Shown here: positions 12,250 through 26,441 of the stretch, piece after piece
Layout: each line of letters begins with the position of its first letter
Position numbering within the stretch: position 1 is the first letter of the stretch
Assembly: GCF_000143415.4 (NCBI RefSeq)
Contig: NW_003314441.1
Coordinates: 37,042-101,041, forward strand
Length of the DNA: 64,000 bases
Reading direction: 5' to 3'
From: Selaginella moellendorffii
Lineage: Eukaryota > Plantae > Lycopodiophyta
The notes under the pieces: model-generated
What the model was told of the DNA's origin: nothing
Seen by the model: the letters and a program-made list of their open reading frames with translations, nothing else
Database searches by the model: none
Program-made: the position numbers and the translations under genes

Positions 12250-12744
12250 TCAGGCCCAGTAGATTTCTCCAGCTAATTCCACAAACTGATGTACACTCCC
12301 GTCGAGAGCACACAAAGGTCCCTTGAGCTTGACCGGTTTTGTGCGCGTGTCGACTAGTTCCAGTCTCAACCGCTTCCTGTGATCGCGTGATTCTTGCAGA
12401 AACTCCTGAGCAACGTCTCCGTCCTCGTCCGCTCGGAGGAGCTGCGAATACCACCTCAGTCCCTGCGTTACATGTCTTTATTTTCATCCACTCGAGATTA
12501 AGTCCCAGGCAGGGAGAGCGAAACGAACCTGGACTCCACCATTGCCATAATTGCATTGCGAAACCACTGGGCCTCCTCCGTCACTTGTGCTCCCGGGGGC
12601 TGGCATCGCCATCCTGGTGCTGAATCCTCCTCCTCCTCCGCCTCCTCCGCCCCTGCTAAATCCATCTCGCCTCCTCCCATCTTCGCCCTCCTTCTTGAAT
12701 CCCAAGTGGTTGAGCACCTTCCGAAAGAAGCCTGGAAGCGCCAT
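12250..12744 (-). CDS. Small conserved plant protein of unknown function (GGVQGLRWY...DEDGDVAQEF), 2 exons
   Basis: Exon 1 ends CNYGNGGVQ. After an intron at about 12463-12528 it reads GLRWYSQLLRADEDGDVAQEFL...EIYWA*. Confidence 0.8.
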
Positions 12745-12973
12745 CCAGTGCCTCCCGTCGCCAAAAGGAATGCGCAGCTAGCTGCTACATCCCCCCATCG
12801 CCGGAGCAGCTCTTGACCTAAAACCCTTGGATGTTCCCTTGTCTCTCTTTATTATTGTGATCACTAACATAGCATACATGACATCCAATATACAGCCAGC
12901 CAGCCAGCCGCCACCGGGACACAAGAAAATGGTTTCTACCCTTCCCCTAGCTATGATGCTCCAACCATGGAAG

Positions 12974-14462
<1,489 letters not shown>

Positions 14463-14678
14463 ACCCTGCTTCCTTGGCCTGGGCGTGCGCGTGGCTCCAG
14501 GAACCCTAAAAACCCCTCCCCCCCATTTCCTCCGCTCCACTCCACAGTCAGACTCACCACTGTTGCGCCTTTGCCCCCAACCCAACACGACACTTCTTAT
14601 TGGCCACTTTAAACCCCCCTTTGACATGGCTTTAAAAAGACGCGAATATGCGCTCGCGGACTTAGGGTACAAGTGGCT

Positions 14679-17600
14679 ATGGCGGAGGAGGAGGAGGAGG
14701 AGATCAGAGCGCCCCTGCTCACGGGTGAGTCGGACGCGAGCTCATGGGATCCGGAGGCACTCGATCCTTCCCCTCCTGGTGCTGCAGCTGCTGCCGCCAC
14801 CGCCCTGCCCGAGACCTTGAACAATGAGCTGGGGATCGAGAGCCTCGACTACGATCCAGTCTTTAGCGTCGTCCACGCCAAGACAACCACGATCAAGCAA
14901 AATCGGCGCCTCTACGGGTAAAAAACCCCCCTCCCGTCTTATTGTCTTATCTCAGCAGCAAACTAAAAATGCCACAGCTACACGGGGGCGACGTTGGCCA
15001 AGTGGAGCATCACGATTTGCATTGGCGTTCTCGTGGGTATGTGTGTGGACGAATCGAATGCCATACCTCAACTTGCCATGTTTTCAGGCTTGATCGCGTA
15101 CGTGATCGAATCGTCTCAGGAGTTCCTAGTCACGGAGAAGGTTAACACTCGCGACTGCACTCGTAGCTCTCACCTGTTGTCGTTTCTTTTCCATGGCCGC
15201 CAGAAATCATTTGCTCAGAAAACAGTGGAGGGGAGCCTCATTCTGTCCTTCCTTGGATTTGCGGGTTTCAGCGTTCTCCTGATCCTCATCTCCAGCTGCC
15301 TTGTTCTGTTTTGGGCTCCTCCAGCTGCTGGTGGAGGGGTAAGCTGCTCACATACGTCTCTCATCTCACGGGTGATGTGACGCAGGTAACTCTTGTCATG
15401 GCTTATCTCAATGGGAACGATATCCCCGATTTTTTCAAGCTTAGCACACTTATCACAAAAGTAACCCTGTTGATCGCTTCTTGTTATTCAACATGCTGAT
15501 CAGCTCGTGTCAGATTATTGGAACAATCTGTAGCATCTCGTCTGGCCTGTTGGTAGGATTCAAAATGATTCATTGCTTTCTAACTCGACACGTTTGTGCA
15601 GGTCGGCCAGGAAGCTCCAATGGTTCACATTGGAGCTGCGATCGCTTCAGCAATGACTTGGATGCACGGATCACTGCCGTCGGACAAAGATGCCAGCACC
15701 AAAAGCTCGCGATCGTGCTGGAATGCAAAAGCCACGAACTTTGTAAGTGCACCCGTGCCTAGAATCCGTTGATTGAATCTCTCGCAGGACTTCTACAACG
15801 ACAAAGATCGTCGAGAGTTTATTTCAGCCGGTGCTGCAGCCGGGTAAGCTCAAGTTTGATACGCCAAACTTATTTATCTATTTATTTCCAGCTTAGCCGC
15901 AGCTTTTGGTGCGCCGATTGGCGGGGTATTGTATTCTTTAGAAGAAGCTTCGAGTTTTTGGTCTAAGAAGGTAAACTGTGGACCGTCTTTACTCATGGCG
16001 CTGTTTCAAACTTTAGGTGATGTGGAGATCACTTCTTTGTTGTACCTGCGCAACAATGGTACTGGCATCAATCAATGAATGGTAAGTCTTTTTTTTTTCT
16101 TTTCTTTTTTAAATTTTTTGTGCAATTTACCCCCCACTTCAGGCAGTTTTCAATGGCTTTGCCTGGCAGCATGGCGTTTCGTCAGCTTAAGGTACTAGTT
16201 GCTGGGCGCATATCCTTTCTCTTACACTTTAATCTTCTCATCGGCAGCCTGGCTTTCGAATCAGAGACTTACCACTGTTCGCGGTTACGAGCGTTTTTGC
16301 TGGTGTCCTGGGCGCGTTTGTAAATATCGTTCATGACAGGGTTGATCGTTTAAGACCTGCAGCAACACGAAAGTTTTCAAGGTGATATATCAGCGCTCGT
16401 TATCCATAAATGATTGTTTGGTTTCTTTTTAAAGACTTTTGGAGGTTTGCGGTATCACCGTCATATCCGTCGCGGTAATGTACTTGCTTCCTCTTGCTCT
16501 GGGGTCGTGCTTACAAGTTCCCGAGGGTCCTCTCCCTGACGGGTATGTACTCAAAGGATGTTTGTAACTAATAAGTAGATGCTTGCAAACTTCAGGAAAA
16601 TGGACGAAAAGTATTGGCTACGATACAAGTGCTCCAAAGGTGAATACAATGATCTGGCTACACTACTATTCTCTCTTCCTCGAAAGGTATTCGGCGTAAG
16701 CGCGCTAGGTCCTACTTATGGCAAGTTGTGTTTGTCATTTCAGAGCATGCAACAGCTATATAACATGCAAGGAGTAAAGCATCAGTTTCCAACAGCAGAC
16801 CTGGCGATTCATACCGGATCAGTACTTTTCTTGTTTATTATTGCGTATGGAACAGCCACTCCTGGTGGCATTTTCATGCCCTCCATGCTCGTAAGCACCT
16901 CCTTGTTTTCTTTTCCTTGACTTCCAAGCTGCCAATGTCAGGCTGGAGCATCCTTCGGAGCATGCATGGGAACAATTTTTCAGGCAATTTTTCCAGGGTA
17001 GGCTGGTTATTACTTACTTTTCCACATAAATCTCATGGAGTCTTTTGCAGTGAAAATATACAACCAGGACTTCATGCGATCGTGGGATCAACTGCAATGC
17101 TGGGAGGGGTGTTCCGGGCCTCCATATCTTTGGTACATTTACATTCTGAACTTTTAGAAGTCAAACAGCTGAAATAAATTGCAGGTAGTAATCATGGTCG
17201 AGGGAACGGGTGGCATCGATTTCATCCTGCCGATTATTGTGGCCATAGTCGTCTCAAACTGGGTTGCACACCACATATATCACGCTGGCGCCTACGAAGC
17301 CGACTTGGAACGCCTTGGTAAGCAGCTGGCGCGACAATTATTTCTAGTGTGACACTGTGCTGATTTATTTTAAGGTGGAGTCTACTTCATGCACAGCGAG
17401 CCTCCACACCAACTGGCAGCCTTGACTGCATCGGATATTATGTCGCCCAATGTCATATGTTTCCACGAGGTATGCAGGCGAAGTTCAAGTTGCTGGAGTT
17501 TTGATCCCGTCTTGAAATTGATACTCAGGTAGTTCCTGTGCGGGAGGTGCTTGAAGTTCTTCGCAACACTAGGCACAATGGCTTTCCGGTGCTGAGACAC

Positions 17601-18325
17601 CCGAGCGTGGACAATTCTGGAGCAGGCGAGAAATTCGTGGGTCTCGTGTTAAGGCACCAGCTTCTCCTCCTCCTTGAGGAAGGCCTTTTCTCGGAAGTTG
17701 ATTCCTCCAGGCAGCAGCACAGATTTTCCTTGTACGAGAAGCCGATTCCCAAGCAGATGCTCATCCTGGAACATTCAATGCGTGCTTACCACCACTACCA
17801 TCATCCTCACCGGAGGTTTTTGTCATCCCGGCCTCAGGAGGTCGCTAGGATTGAAGCAGAGCTGGCAACGAAGAGAAATCTGGCCGAGGCGGACATGGCT
17901 CCAGACAAGAAGACAAAGAAAGTTGTAGCACTGGATTTGAGACCTTTTATGAATCGGGCACCTCTAACGGTAAGGTTTCTCGTCTGGGTGGCACTGACAA
18001 ACGACGTCGTGTGTGCAGGTTCGTCGGGAATGCTCGGCTCAGCGTGTCTATGTCATATTTAGAACCCTGGGGCTTCGTCACCTGTGTGTGACAGACTCTC
18101 ACAACAGGTTTCCTGTCATTACCTTGCCTTGTTGTATCCGTGGTGACGTGCATTATACACAGGGTAATTGGGATCATAACACGGAAAGACATTGCGATGG
18201 CCCAGAAGCAAGGCTTTCAGAAGAAATCTCTGCAGCACTGGGACTCAGACATCAGGAGCTTGGTGGCAGAGGCTAGCACCAGCGAAACGAGCAAGAATAG
18301 AAACAAGCTGTTCAACCTCCCATAG
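14679..18325 (+). CDS. CLC: CLC anion channel/antiporter with two CBS domains, more than 20 exons
   Basis: IESLDYD N-terminus, [50 protein letters not shown]. Confidence 0.93.
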
Positions 18326-18993
18326 ACGGAGGGAGGCGGGCATATACCTTGTCACACAGTTTTACAGTTGGAACGTTCAGAGATCTCAGCAACGATTCTT
18401 CTTATAGCACCTCTCCGAATAAGAAGAAACAACCTTGTAGGAAAAGTTGGCAAATAATGGAGAGGATATGGATGTGGGATTCTCCCAAATGCGATGGCTA
18501 GTTCTATAAGAGAACTCAAGGAAAAGAGAAAACAAAGCAGGTCTTTAATGTTCTCTAAATCGGAGCGTTCCATCCCCACTGACACGAACAGCTTGGATGG
18601 ACTCTGCTTTCAGCATGCACGCGTGAAACCGAGGGTGATCAGCCACAGCAATCTATCTATCGATCTGGTCTGCCCAACAAATGCAAGTGTGTTGTGAGCC
18701 GTTGAGAATCTTGCTCCTCGCTCCACCCTCCATGTAGTCTTCAGGCTTTAAGCTTTCATACCGAAGTCCCATCCTTCAAGCTCCACGCTCCATGCTTTCC
18801 AAAATCTTCCGCCATCCAGGCTCTTTCAGGCTTTGCCGAAAGTATATCCCATCTTGAGCTTGAGGAGGTCATTCCTCGCTCTTTCGCTCTTAACTCCCAC
18901 TTTGAGCAGCAGTGTGCTTATCTACGAGTATCGATAGACTGCTAGACCCGAAGGCAAAGACCTTTGTCGGCACCACACTATCCTACCTCAAGG

Positions 18994-20311
18994 CTAGCTC
19001 TCATCCATGCTGCTTGTAGTGGACAGAGGTAGCATCTCAATACTGCCGCTGCTCACCTCTTCGGATGCTGCTGGCCGCTGCTGCTGCTGCTGCTCGCGAT
19101 TGATTTCATACTCGTCATTGGAAACCGAGTTGCAATTGACCACCAGCCACGGCTGACGCTCTTCCTGGAACAGTCTGACAGACGCCAAGAAAACATCGGT
19201 CAGTACCAAGCTCAGGTGTAGAGCAGAGGGTTGACGCTTACGGGTGCTTGCAGAGCATGGGGGCCTGAAAAATCACAGTGTACTTGCATGTGGGAGATTC
19301 TTTGATGGAGCTGATTAGTAACATCCCGGAGTCTGCACATACAAATCGGACCTGCCAGAACACTGGCTGCTTAGCGGAGTACATCAATTGGTAGGATCGT
19401 CTCTTACTTCTGTCTCCCTTGGAGCACCCGTAAGATCGCACTTGGTACCATTCACGTACATATGTGCGAAGTACCTAGGACGCGGCGAGAGGTTAGTTTC
19501 TCTGGGACGAAACAGAGCAGTGCTCACTTGAGTGCAGCAGTTTGCGAGCGTGGATCCTTTTGAATCAAAACTGGGGTGGATGAGTGAAGGCGAGCGGTCG
19601 CTTCGGCATCATACACGCCCAAAACAAATTCCTGAGCTTCCTGTAGACTGGGAAGATTAGAGCGACCGGAAATTGCTGAGGAAGGACTCTTGCTAACCTG
19701 GCTCTTCTTGTCCTTCTTGGATGTCTCAAAGTGCACCTGCCGGAACTTACCGTGGTAGCACAGCTCGTAGGTCCACCATCCCTCGTGCTGGTGAAAAATA
19801 TGCATGTAGGCAAGATGCAACATGACGCTTTAAGATTTTACCCTGTGGAAGCACCTGTCTTTGAGAACATCCAGCAGCTCTTCCGGCGTCCTCCTCGAGA
19901 TCTCGGCCAGCGTCGCTTCCGTCTCGTTGGCCCCGTCGAGTGGGGAAGCCTCTGGTTTCCTGGGTAGAAAGCACTCAAACTTTCTGCCATCTCTGTCCGT
20001 CATGCGAACCATCTCCGTGTCCGGATCCTCCTGTCAAGAGAAGGAGATGAATCGGGGGTTGGCAGCGCAAGATCAAAAAGGGAACAAACCGGGCTGTATG
20101 GATCTTGCAGCTCATGGAACTGGAGCTTGTACTTGGGGTCCTGAAAGCTGGGAAGGGCACCTGAGATATACATATGTATGTGATGAAGCAAGATGAAGTG
20201 GCGAGCTGAGGTACCTGAATTCACAGGAAGCAAGCGATTTGAGTCGGCAAAGGCGCCAGCCAGGAGGAGAGCGGCCGTCCACGCCCATGTTGCCCACCGC
20301 GATGCCGCCAT
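18994..20311 (-). CDS. OS9: ER lectin OS-9 (MRH domain, ERAD), multi-exon
   Basis: Signal peptide; GWWTYELCYHGKFRQVH, QEFVLGVYD, YVNGTKCDL, ESPTCKY...PMLCKHP. Confidence 0.92.
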
Positions 20312-20359
20312 TTGCTCCAGTTTACCCTAGCTGGGGAGGAGGGCCCTATAATCGTCCAC

Positions 20360-21265
20360 CTATAAGTTGCGTGCGTCGTCGTCGTCAATGCGGAAGCAGA
20401 GCTTGGCCTCGTCCCACGGCCCGTTGATCTCGAACTTGTACTCGTGGATCCGGAGCAGCCAGAGCGGGCACACCAAGGTGATGACGAGCAACGCAGCGGC
20501 CAGCAGCAGGCAGGCGGGGACGCTGAGGGGCAGCAGGAGGCCGAGCGCGGCGAGCAGCAGCAGGGAGGAGAGGACGAGGTGCAGCTTCACGGACGCCCGC
20601 TTGACGGAGCAGCTGAGAGGAGGGAAGAGCAGGAAGAACTGAAGAGAGAAGAGCATGGTGGCAAAGACGAGGGGTGTGGACGGCAGGCGCGAGGCAATGA
20701 GGACCGAGGCGAGGATGGAGGCGTGGAGGGAGACGCTGGCGACGACGGAGGTGGAGGTGGCGGAGGTGGTGGAGCAGCACGAGTAGTCGTGGAGGAAGAG
20801 GTGGAGGAGCAAGAGGCAGATGGCGCAGGCCCAGATTGAATCGGAGCTGATGGAGGTGGTGAGGGTGTGGAAGACTGGGGTCATGACGTAGAGGCCGGCG
20901 ACGAAGTAGAGGAGGTGGCGGAGCGTCGTGGTGGTGGTGTGGCGGCGGTGGCGGTGGTGGTGGAGAGTGGTGAGGAGCCAGATGCACAGGCCAAGCGCCA
21001 GGAGCAGCGCGTCGAGAGTGAGGAGCGCGGCGGCGGTGAGGCGGTGGCAGAGGGTGTAAGCCCACACACTGGCGATGATGGCAACCACACACAGGTGCTG
21101 CGCCACTCCCACTGAATCCAGCACCGTGGTCCACAGATCCCGCCGTACCACATTCGCGTTCATCACCATGTCCTCGAGAAACGACGAGTCGGTGTAATTG
21201 TCCGGGAAGCCCCCCTGCATTCCGCCATACACCACCTTGCTCCACCCTCCCTCATGAGCCGCCAT
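20360..21265 (-). CDS. PIGC: GPI-GlcNAc transferase subunit C (PIG-C/GPI2), intronless
   Basis: WSKVVY...FPDNYTDSSFL, LTTSISSDSIWA, SVLIASRL, KFEINGPWDEA. Confidence 0.95.
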   Translation of the reverse strand: MAAHEGGWSKVVYGGMQGGFPDNYTDSSFLEDMVMNANVVRRDLWTTVLDSVGVAQHLCVVAIIASVWAYTLCHRLTAAALLTLDALLLALGLCIWLLTTLHHHRHRRHTTTTTLRHLLYFVAGLYVMTPVFHTLTTSISSDSIWACAICLLLLHLFLHDYSCCSTTSATSTSVVASVSLHASILASVLIASRLPSTPLVFATMLFSLQFFLLFPPLSCSVKRASVKLHLVLSSLLLLAALGLLLPLSVPACLLLAAALLVITLVCPLWLLRIHEYKFEINGPWDEAKLCFRIDDDDARNL

Positions 21266-21886
21266 GGTCGCGCAGCCCTACCTCTTCCAAGGAATATTCC
21301 TTGTTTACGAAAAAACGGACACACTGTACCTAAGTAGTGTAGGGAAGGTCGCTCTCTTCTCTCCGCTGGGGTCGCAGAGGCGTAATAAGCTAGCTAGCTT
21401 GCCATGCTCCGCGCGTGAGCATTGTCGGGCACTTAAGCGCAAACTAAAGTGCCAATTAAGCGCAAAGCGGGGATGCTTAGGGCATATACGGCGTGCAGAG
21501 CATCTCCCCGATGTGGGCGAGAGAGAATATCTACTCCCATTGCTTGCTGGGCTTCCGGCGGGCAGCTGTTACGGAGAGAGCACCATACGCGCACTAGTTT
21601 CTTCCTTTCTTTTCCTTGCCCCGTCCCGTCCCGTCCTCCTCTAATCATCAGCTCGGGAATCAGGCACCAACTAAGTGTTGGTGACTTTGAGATCCGCCCC
21701 CCCCCCCCCCCCCCCACTTCACTCGTCTCCTCCCCGTTGCGTTGCTTTAATACCCACAGCGGAGGCAGGCGCACATCTCCTCAGATTTGCTAACAGAGAG
21801 AGCACACGCGACAAGATCTCCCCCTCGATTGTACGCAGCTACAGCTCCCAGGTACATATTAGCGCTCCCTCTCTCCCTTGGTTGCC

Positions 21887-23782
21887 ATGGCACCAGATTT
21901 GCTTGCCTTGAGTGCCTTGTCGCTGGAAGCAGATTCGCTTCGCAATGGCGACCCCTGCTACCCTCTCCCCTCGGACTCGTCCAAGAACGCCCCCAACAAG
22001 GCAGCTGCAGCCGAGAGAAGCCGCAGCGATCCGAGCCCAGTAGTGGGGGCAGCAGCAGCAGCTGCTGCAAGCAGCCCGTTGCTGTCCCCTCGGCCAACTC
22101 TCATGAGGCTCGAGACTGTCAAGAGCAGCGAGTGCCTGGAAGCATTGATGCTGTCGCCCAGCGTCCGGTCCACCGTCAGCGGTGGACTGTTCTCGCCCCG
22201 TATTCACTCGTTCGAGCCTCACCCCATGATCGGGGAGGCATGGGAGCATTTGCGCAGATCTATCGTCTACTTCCGCGGCAATCCGGTGGGCACCATTGCT
22301 GCCAACGATTCGGTCGAGGAAGTGCTCAACTACAACCAGGTATGGTCACTTTTTGACTTCTAGGTGACACCGATTTTATCACCAGGTGTTTGTGCGCGAC
22401 TTCGTGCCCAGTGCCCTGGCCTTCCTCATGAATGGCGAGTCCGACATCGTCAAAAACTTTCTGCTCAAGGCGCTCCGGCTGCAAGCGTGGGAGAAGCGGA
22501 TCGACAACTTCACGCTGGGGCAAGGGGCCATGCCCGCCAGCTTCAAAGTCCTCCACGACCCGGTGCGGAGGACAGACACCATGGTGGCGGACTTTGGAGA
22601 GAGCGCCATCGGGCGGGTGGCGCCGGTGGACTCGGGCTTCTGGTGGATCATCCTGCTGCGAGCCTACACCCGCTCCACCGGGGACCACAGCCTGGCCGAC
22701 ATGCCCGACTGCCAGCGGGGTATCAAGCTCATCCTCACGCTCTGCCTGGCCGAGGGCTTCGACACCTTCCCCACGCTGCTCTGTGCCGATGGCTGCTGCA
22801 TGGTGGACCGGCGAATGGTAACTCTCTTGTCTTACGCCTGCGTAATGTCACTCACTCGTGGTGCTGCGCATGTGTGCAGGGGATCTACGGCTATCCCATC
22901 GAGATCCAGGCGCTCTTTTTCATGGCCCTGCGCTGCGCCAAGACGATGCTCAAGCAGGAGGCGCCGGGCAACAAGGAGCTGCTTGAGCGCATCGACAAAC
23001 GGCTCAACGCGCTGAGCTACCACATGCGCAACTACTTTTGGCTCGACCACCACCAGCTCAACAGCATCTACCGCTACAAGACGGAGGAGTACTCGCACAC
23101 GGCGGTGAACAAGTTCAACGTCATCCCCGAGTCCATCCCCGACTGGGTGTTCGACTTCATGCCCATGCGCGGGGGCTACTTCATTGGCAATGTCAGCCCC
23201 GCGCGCATGGACTTCAGGTGGTTCCTGCTCGGCAACTGCGTCGCCATCCTGTCGTCCATGGCCACCTCGGAGCAGGCCGAGGCCATCATGGACCTCATCG
23301 AGGAGCGCTGGGAGGACCTGGTGGGAGAGATGCCGCTCAAGATCTCCTACCCGGCCATCGAGGGACATGAGTGGCGGATCGTGACGGGCTTCGACCCCAA
23401 AAACACGAGGTGGAGCTACCACAACGGAGGCTCCTGGCCAGGTGACTTTTGTCTTCAGTAGGATTGTTCCTAACAACGTGTTGCAGTACTCCTGTGGCTG
23501 CTGACGGCGGCGTGCGTCAAGACGGGGAGGCCACAGATGGCACGCAGGGCGATCGAGCAGGCGGAGCAGCGGTTGTCGCTGGACGGGTGGCCCGAGTATT
23601 ACGACGGCAAGCTGGGACGCTACATTGGCAAGCAGGCCCGCAAGCTGCAGACGTGGTCCATTGCTGGCTACCTGGTTGCCAAGATGCTGCTCGAAGACCC
23701 CACGCACTTGGGCATGGTGTCGCTCGACGAGGACAGGAACATGAAGACACTCATGACGCGATCCGCCTCTTGGACGGTGTAG
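21887..23782 (+). CDS. CINV: Cytosolic alkaline/neutral invertase (GH100), 4 exons
   Basis: [62 protein letters not shown], ending RSASW. Confidence 0.95.
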
Positions 23783-23989
23783 CTTAAAGATCCCTTGGTA
23801 CCCCCACACCAGCGACAGAACTCCATAAAATATACATCTATTCTTTTCTCCTTCCTTTCATCACGAGGAAAGGAGCTCCACATTGTAGCCTAGCCTAGCC
23901 TAGCTATGGAGGTGACGCCGCTTGGCTCTTCCCGCGCTTGTCACCGGTATAAGTTGCACAGCGGCTAGCAAACAAATTACAGGCGGGCA

Positions 23990-24170
23990 TGGTCGCACAT
24001 TTGAAAATTTCATCAATATGCTGGCATTCCCATAGCAATGTTTTGCTTGATGCTCGTTGCGAACAGAACCGGTTCCTGGCTCACGAGTCCGGTCTGATTC
24101 CATAGCCACTTGAGCTGGATTGTCTTGACGTCCGTTCCCCCCATCTTCACCTCGCCTGCATGCGTCCATC
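23990..24170 (-). pseudogene. ABCB nucleotide-binding-domain fragment
   Basis: [43 protein letters not shown] with no Walker A or signature context. Weak TMD-like debris near 24640-24850. Confidence 0.75.
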
Positions 24171-26006
24171 TCGAGAGCAGCATTGGTGCCTTTTGAATGT
24201 ACCTGACTGCGACCAACGAGAGCGACTGTCTGGCCTTAGCCTAGCTATATAGATATGACTTATTGGCAGATACTCGATTCACATCCCGTCCAGGTAACAC
24301 GGGAAAGCTTCCCTGACAAAGTTTGCTTGCTGTTCCGTCAAGGATCATCTGCAAGCAAAAACTTCGCTGAAGGTAGGATTGGCCGCTCTAAACAGCAGCT
24401 GCGTGTATCTTAAGATTTGGATGTGGCTATGAGCTCAGGCATGCTAGCAAAATACATTGACAAACTTTGATACTTTTGGCATAGAAGAAGATAGCAGCCC
24501 TCATACTTGGGCATATTACTAGGACGTGGTTCTTGTCTGAGAAATATCTCTGACGGGCAAGAAGTTCCAAAGAACTCCCTGGCGCAGTACAGGGTGGTGG
24601 CTGGCAGCTCTACAGGTCTTTTGAAAATCAGATCTCGTTCATTCCTCATATGCGTTCGAGCTCTCGTGATCAGGAGTTTGCAAAGCGATAGGCACGAAGT
24701 AGAGTTTCCGTGCGGTCAGGCCAGGAGTTGCCAGCGTGATCATCGGCGCTGAGAGCATTGGCGAGCACAACCTGCAGGGGGGGTTCCGATTGGCAGGGAT
24801 CCTCCACTCGATCGCTGGTGATTGTGGCGACGAGTACAGGTAGGTAGTCACAAAACCAGCTCCATCACGATAAGTACGTGGATCATGCTTGTTTCCAGCT
24901 CAGATGGATAATCATGCTTTCCACCGACATTACTCGTGAAATTCTGATTAAGCCGTCTCCCGGGGATTCGCAGCCTGGAATTATATTTAATGAGGAACGC
25001 TATCATGTTCATGATTCCAATTCAAGGACACAAGGAATACGAAAGAGTGTTTATGTGTCCGGGACATCTGCGCTCGCCTGCCAAGTCTTTTGCACGGGAT
25101 TGGACACCGAGATGCATATGGCATGATGAGTGGGAGCTTGGCGCCTTCCCAGCGAGCGGTGCAAGGCGAAGTGGAAGGCAGCTTCAGCGAAGCCGCGCCC
25201 CGAATACGCACGAGGGCTGCGAGAGATGCGAAATGTGCTGGAAGCGACGTAGCGATTGTGGCTTTGGCATTTCATGCAGCATGGCTTCGTATCAAGTCTC
25301 TTTAGTGATTTGTGATCTGGGAAATTACTACTTTAACGTGCGCAACAAAGCTCAAGGATTGATCTGGGTGGATGCGCCTGGAAAAAGGTGGCTGGCCAAT
25401 GGACCTGACAACAACATTTCCGAGAGGGTTCCGTGGTAAACTTTGATCGTGGTACTTGCTGGGAGTGGAAATTATATGGTGCTCGAGGACGGGACCCATA
25501 GGAGAGAGAATATGCAGAGCGATATCAGGCAGGCGTGAAGTGAGAGAAAGCAAGAGATCTCGTGAAGCTCTCGCGAAGCCACTCGTCCCGGCGGGCGCTC
25601 TCATCTCAAACAGTGAAAGAAGAAGAAAAATTAAAAAAGGAAATTGCAACCAAACTTTTTCACTCATTTCATTCCCTGACTGTACCCATTCCTCACCTCT
25701 CCAGGGCCACCACCACCAGCCATGAAAGCTCCTCCTCGTGTCCACTTATTCTTTGCTTGTCCAATCTTTCCTCGCCTCCGCTCGAGAGCTCGAGTAAAAT
25801 GAAGCGCTCCTTCTCTAACCTCCTATAAAATGCTTAGGACAGCTCTCGACTAGGACGACGTCAACCGACACTGGTTCAAGCTAAACACTTTGTCTGTATC
25901 CTCCCAGGCCCTCTCCTCTAGATCTCCCTCCGACTACAAGGCCCGGTGTGTGTGTGCGATTGCTTGCTTGCTCCTCCTTTGTTAACTTCCATCCGCGAGT
26001 TGCACA

Positions 26007-26441
26007 ATGTCTTATAAGAGAGCAAAGCCGAGGTCGGTTCTCAAAGTTGTTCAAATCTTCAATCCTACAATCATAAGAACGGATGCTGCCAGCTTTAGGG
26101 AGCTCGTTCAGGAGCTAACTGGCATGAATTATCAGCCGGCTATAGCTAGACGATCCGGAAAGCTGAGATCAAAGTCCTTCCGCACCACCAAGCTCATCCA
26201 ATCTAATACTGCTGCTACCACTGTTATCGATGGCAATCGTGATCAATCAGCAGCTCCAGCGTTCTCGGACGAGGCCGGGCTTGCTCCATACAGTCCAAAC
26301 TGGAGTGACAAGTCTTGTGAAGAGGAAACTAGCAGCAGCGGTGCCAACTTTGACGACATGGACATGGATATAATCTCGGCCTTGCTGGATTCTTCGCGGC
26401 CACTTCCAGATTGCACCATGCTTCCGCCCCTCATTTACTGA
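26007..26441 (+). CDS. VQ-motif protein
   Basis: IIRTDAASFRELVQELTG matches FxxxVQxLTG. Intronless; TATA-like TATAAAA near 25824. Confidence 0.9.
   Translation: MSYKRAKPRSVLKVVQIFNPTIIRTDAASFRELVQELTGMNYQPAIARRSGKLRSKSFRTTKLIQSNTAATTVIDGNRDQSAAPAFSDEAGLAPYSPNWSDKSCEEETSSSGANFDDMDMDIISALLDSSRPLPDCTMLPPLIY

Noticed and set aside
16210-16218. ATATCCTTT U12 donor motif in the CLC gene
   Set aside because: It lies inside an ordinary GT-AG intron that already preserves the frame.
18400-18960. Possible gene remnant between CLC and OS9
   Set aside because: Frequent stops and no recognisable motif.
20367-23809. Long antisense and alternative-frame ORFs over PIG-C and the invertase
   Set aside because: Expected shadows of GC3-rich coding sequence.
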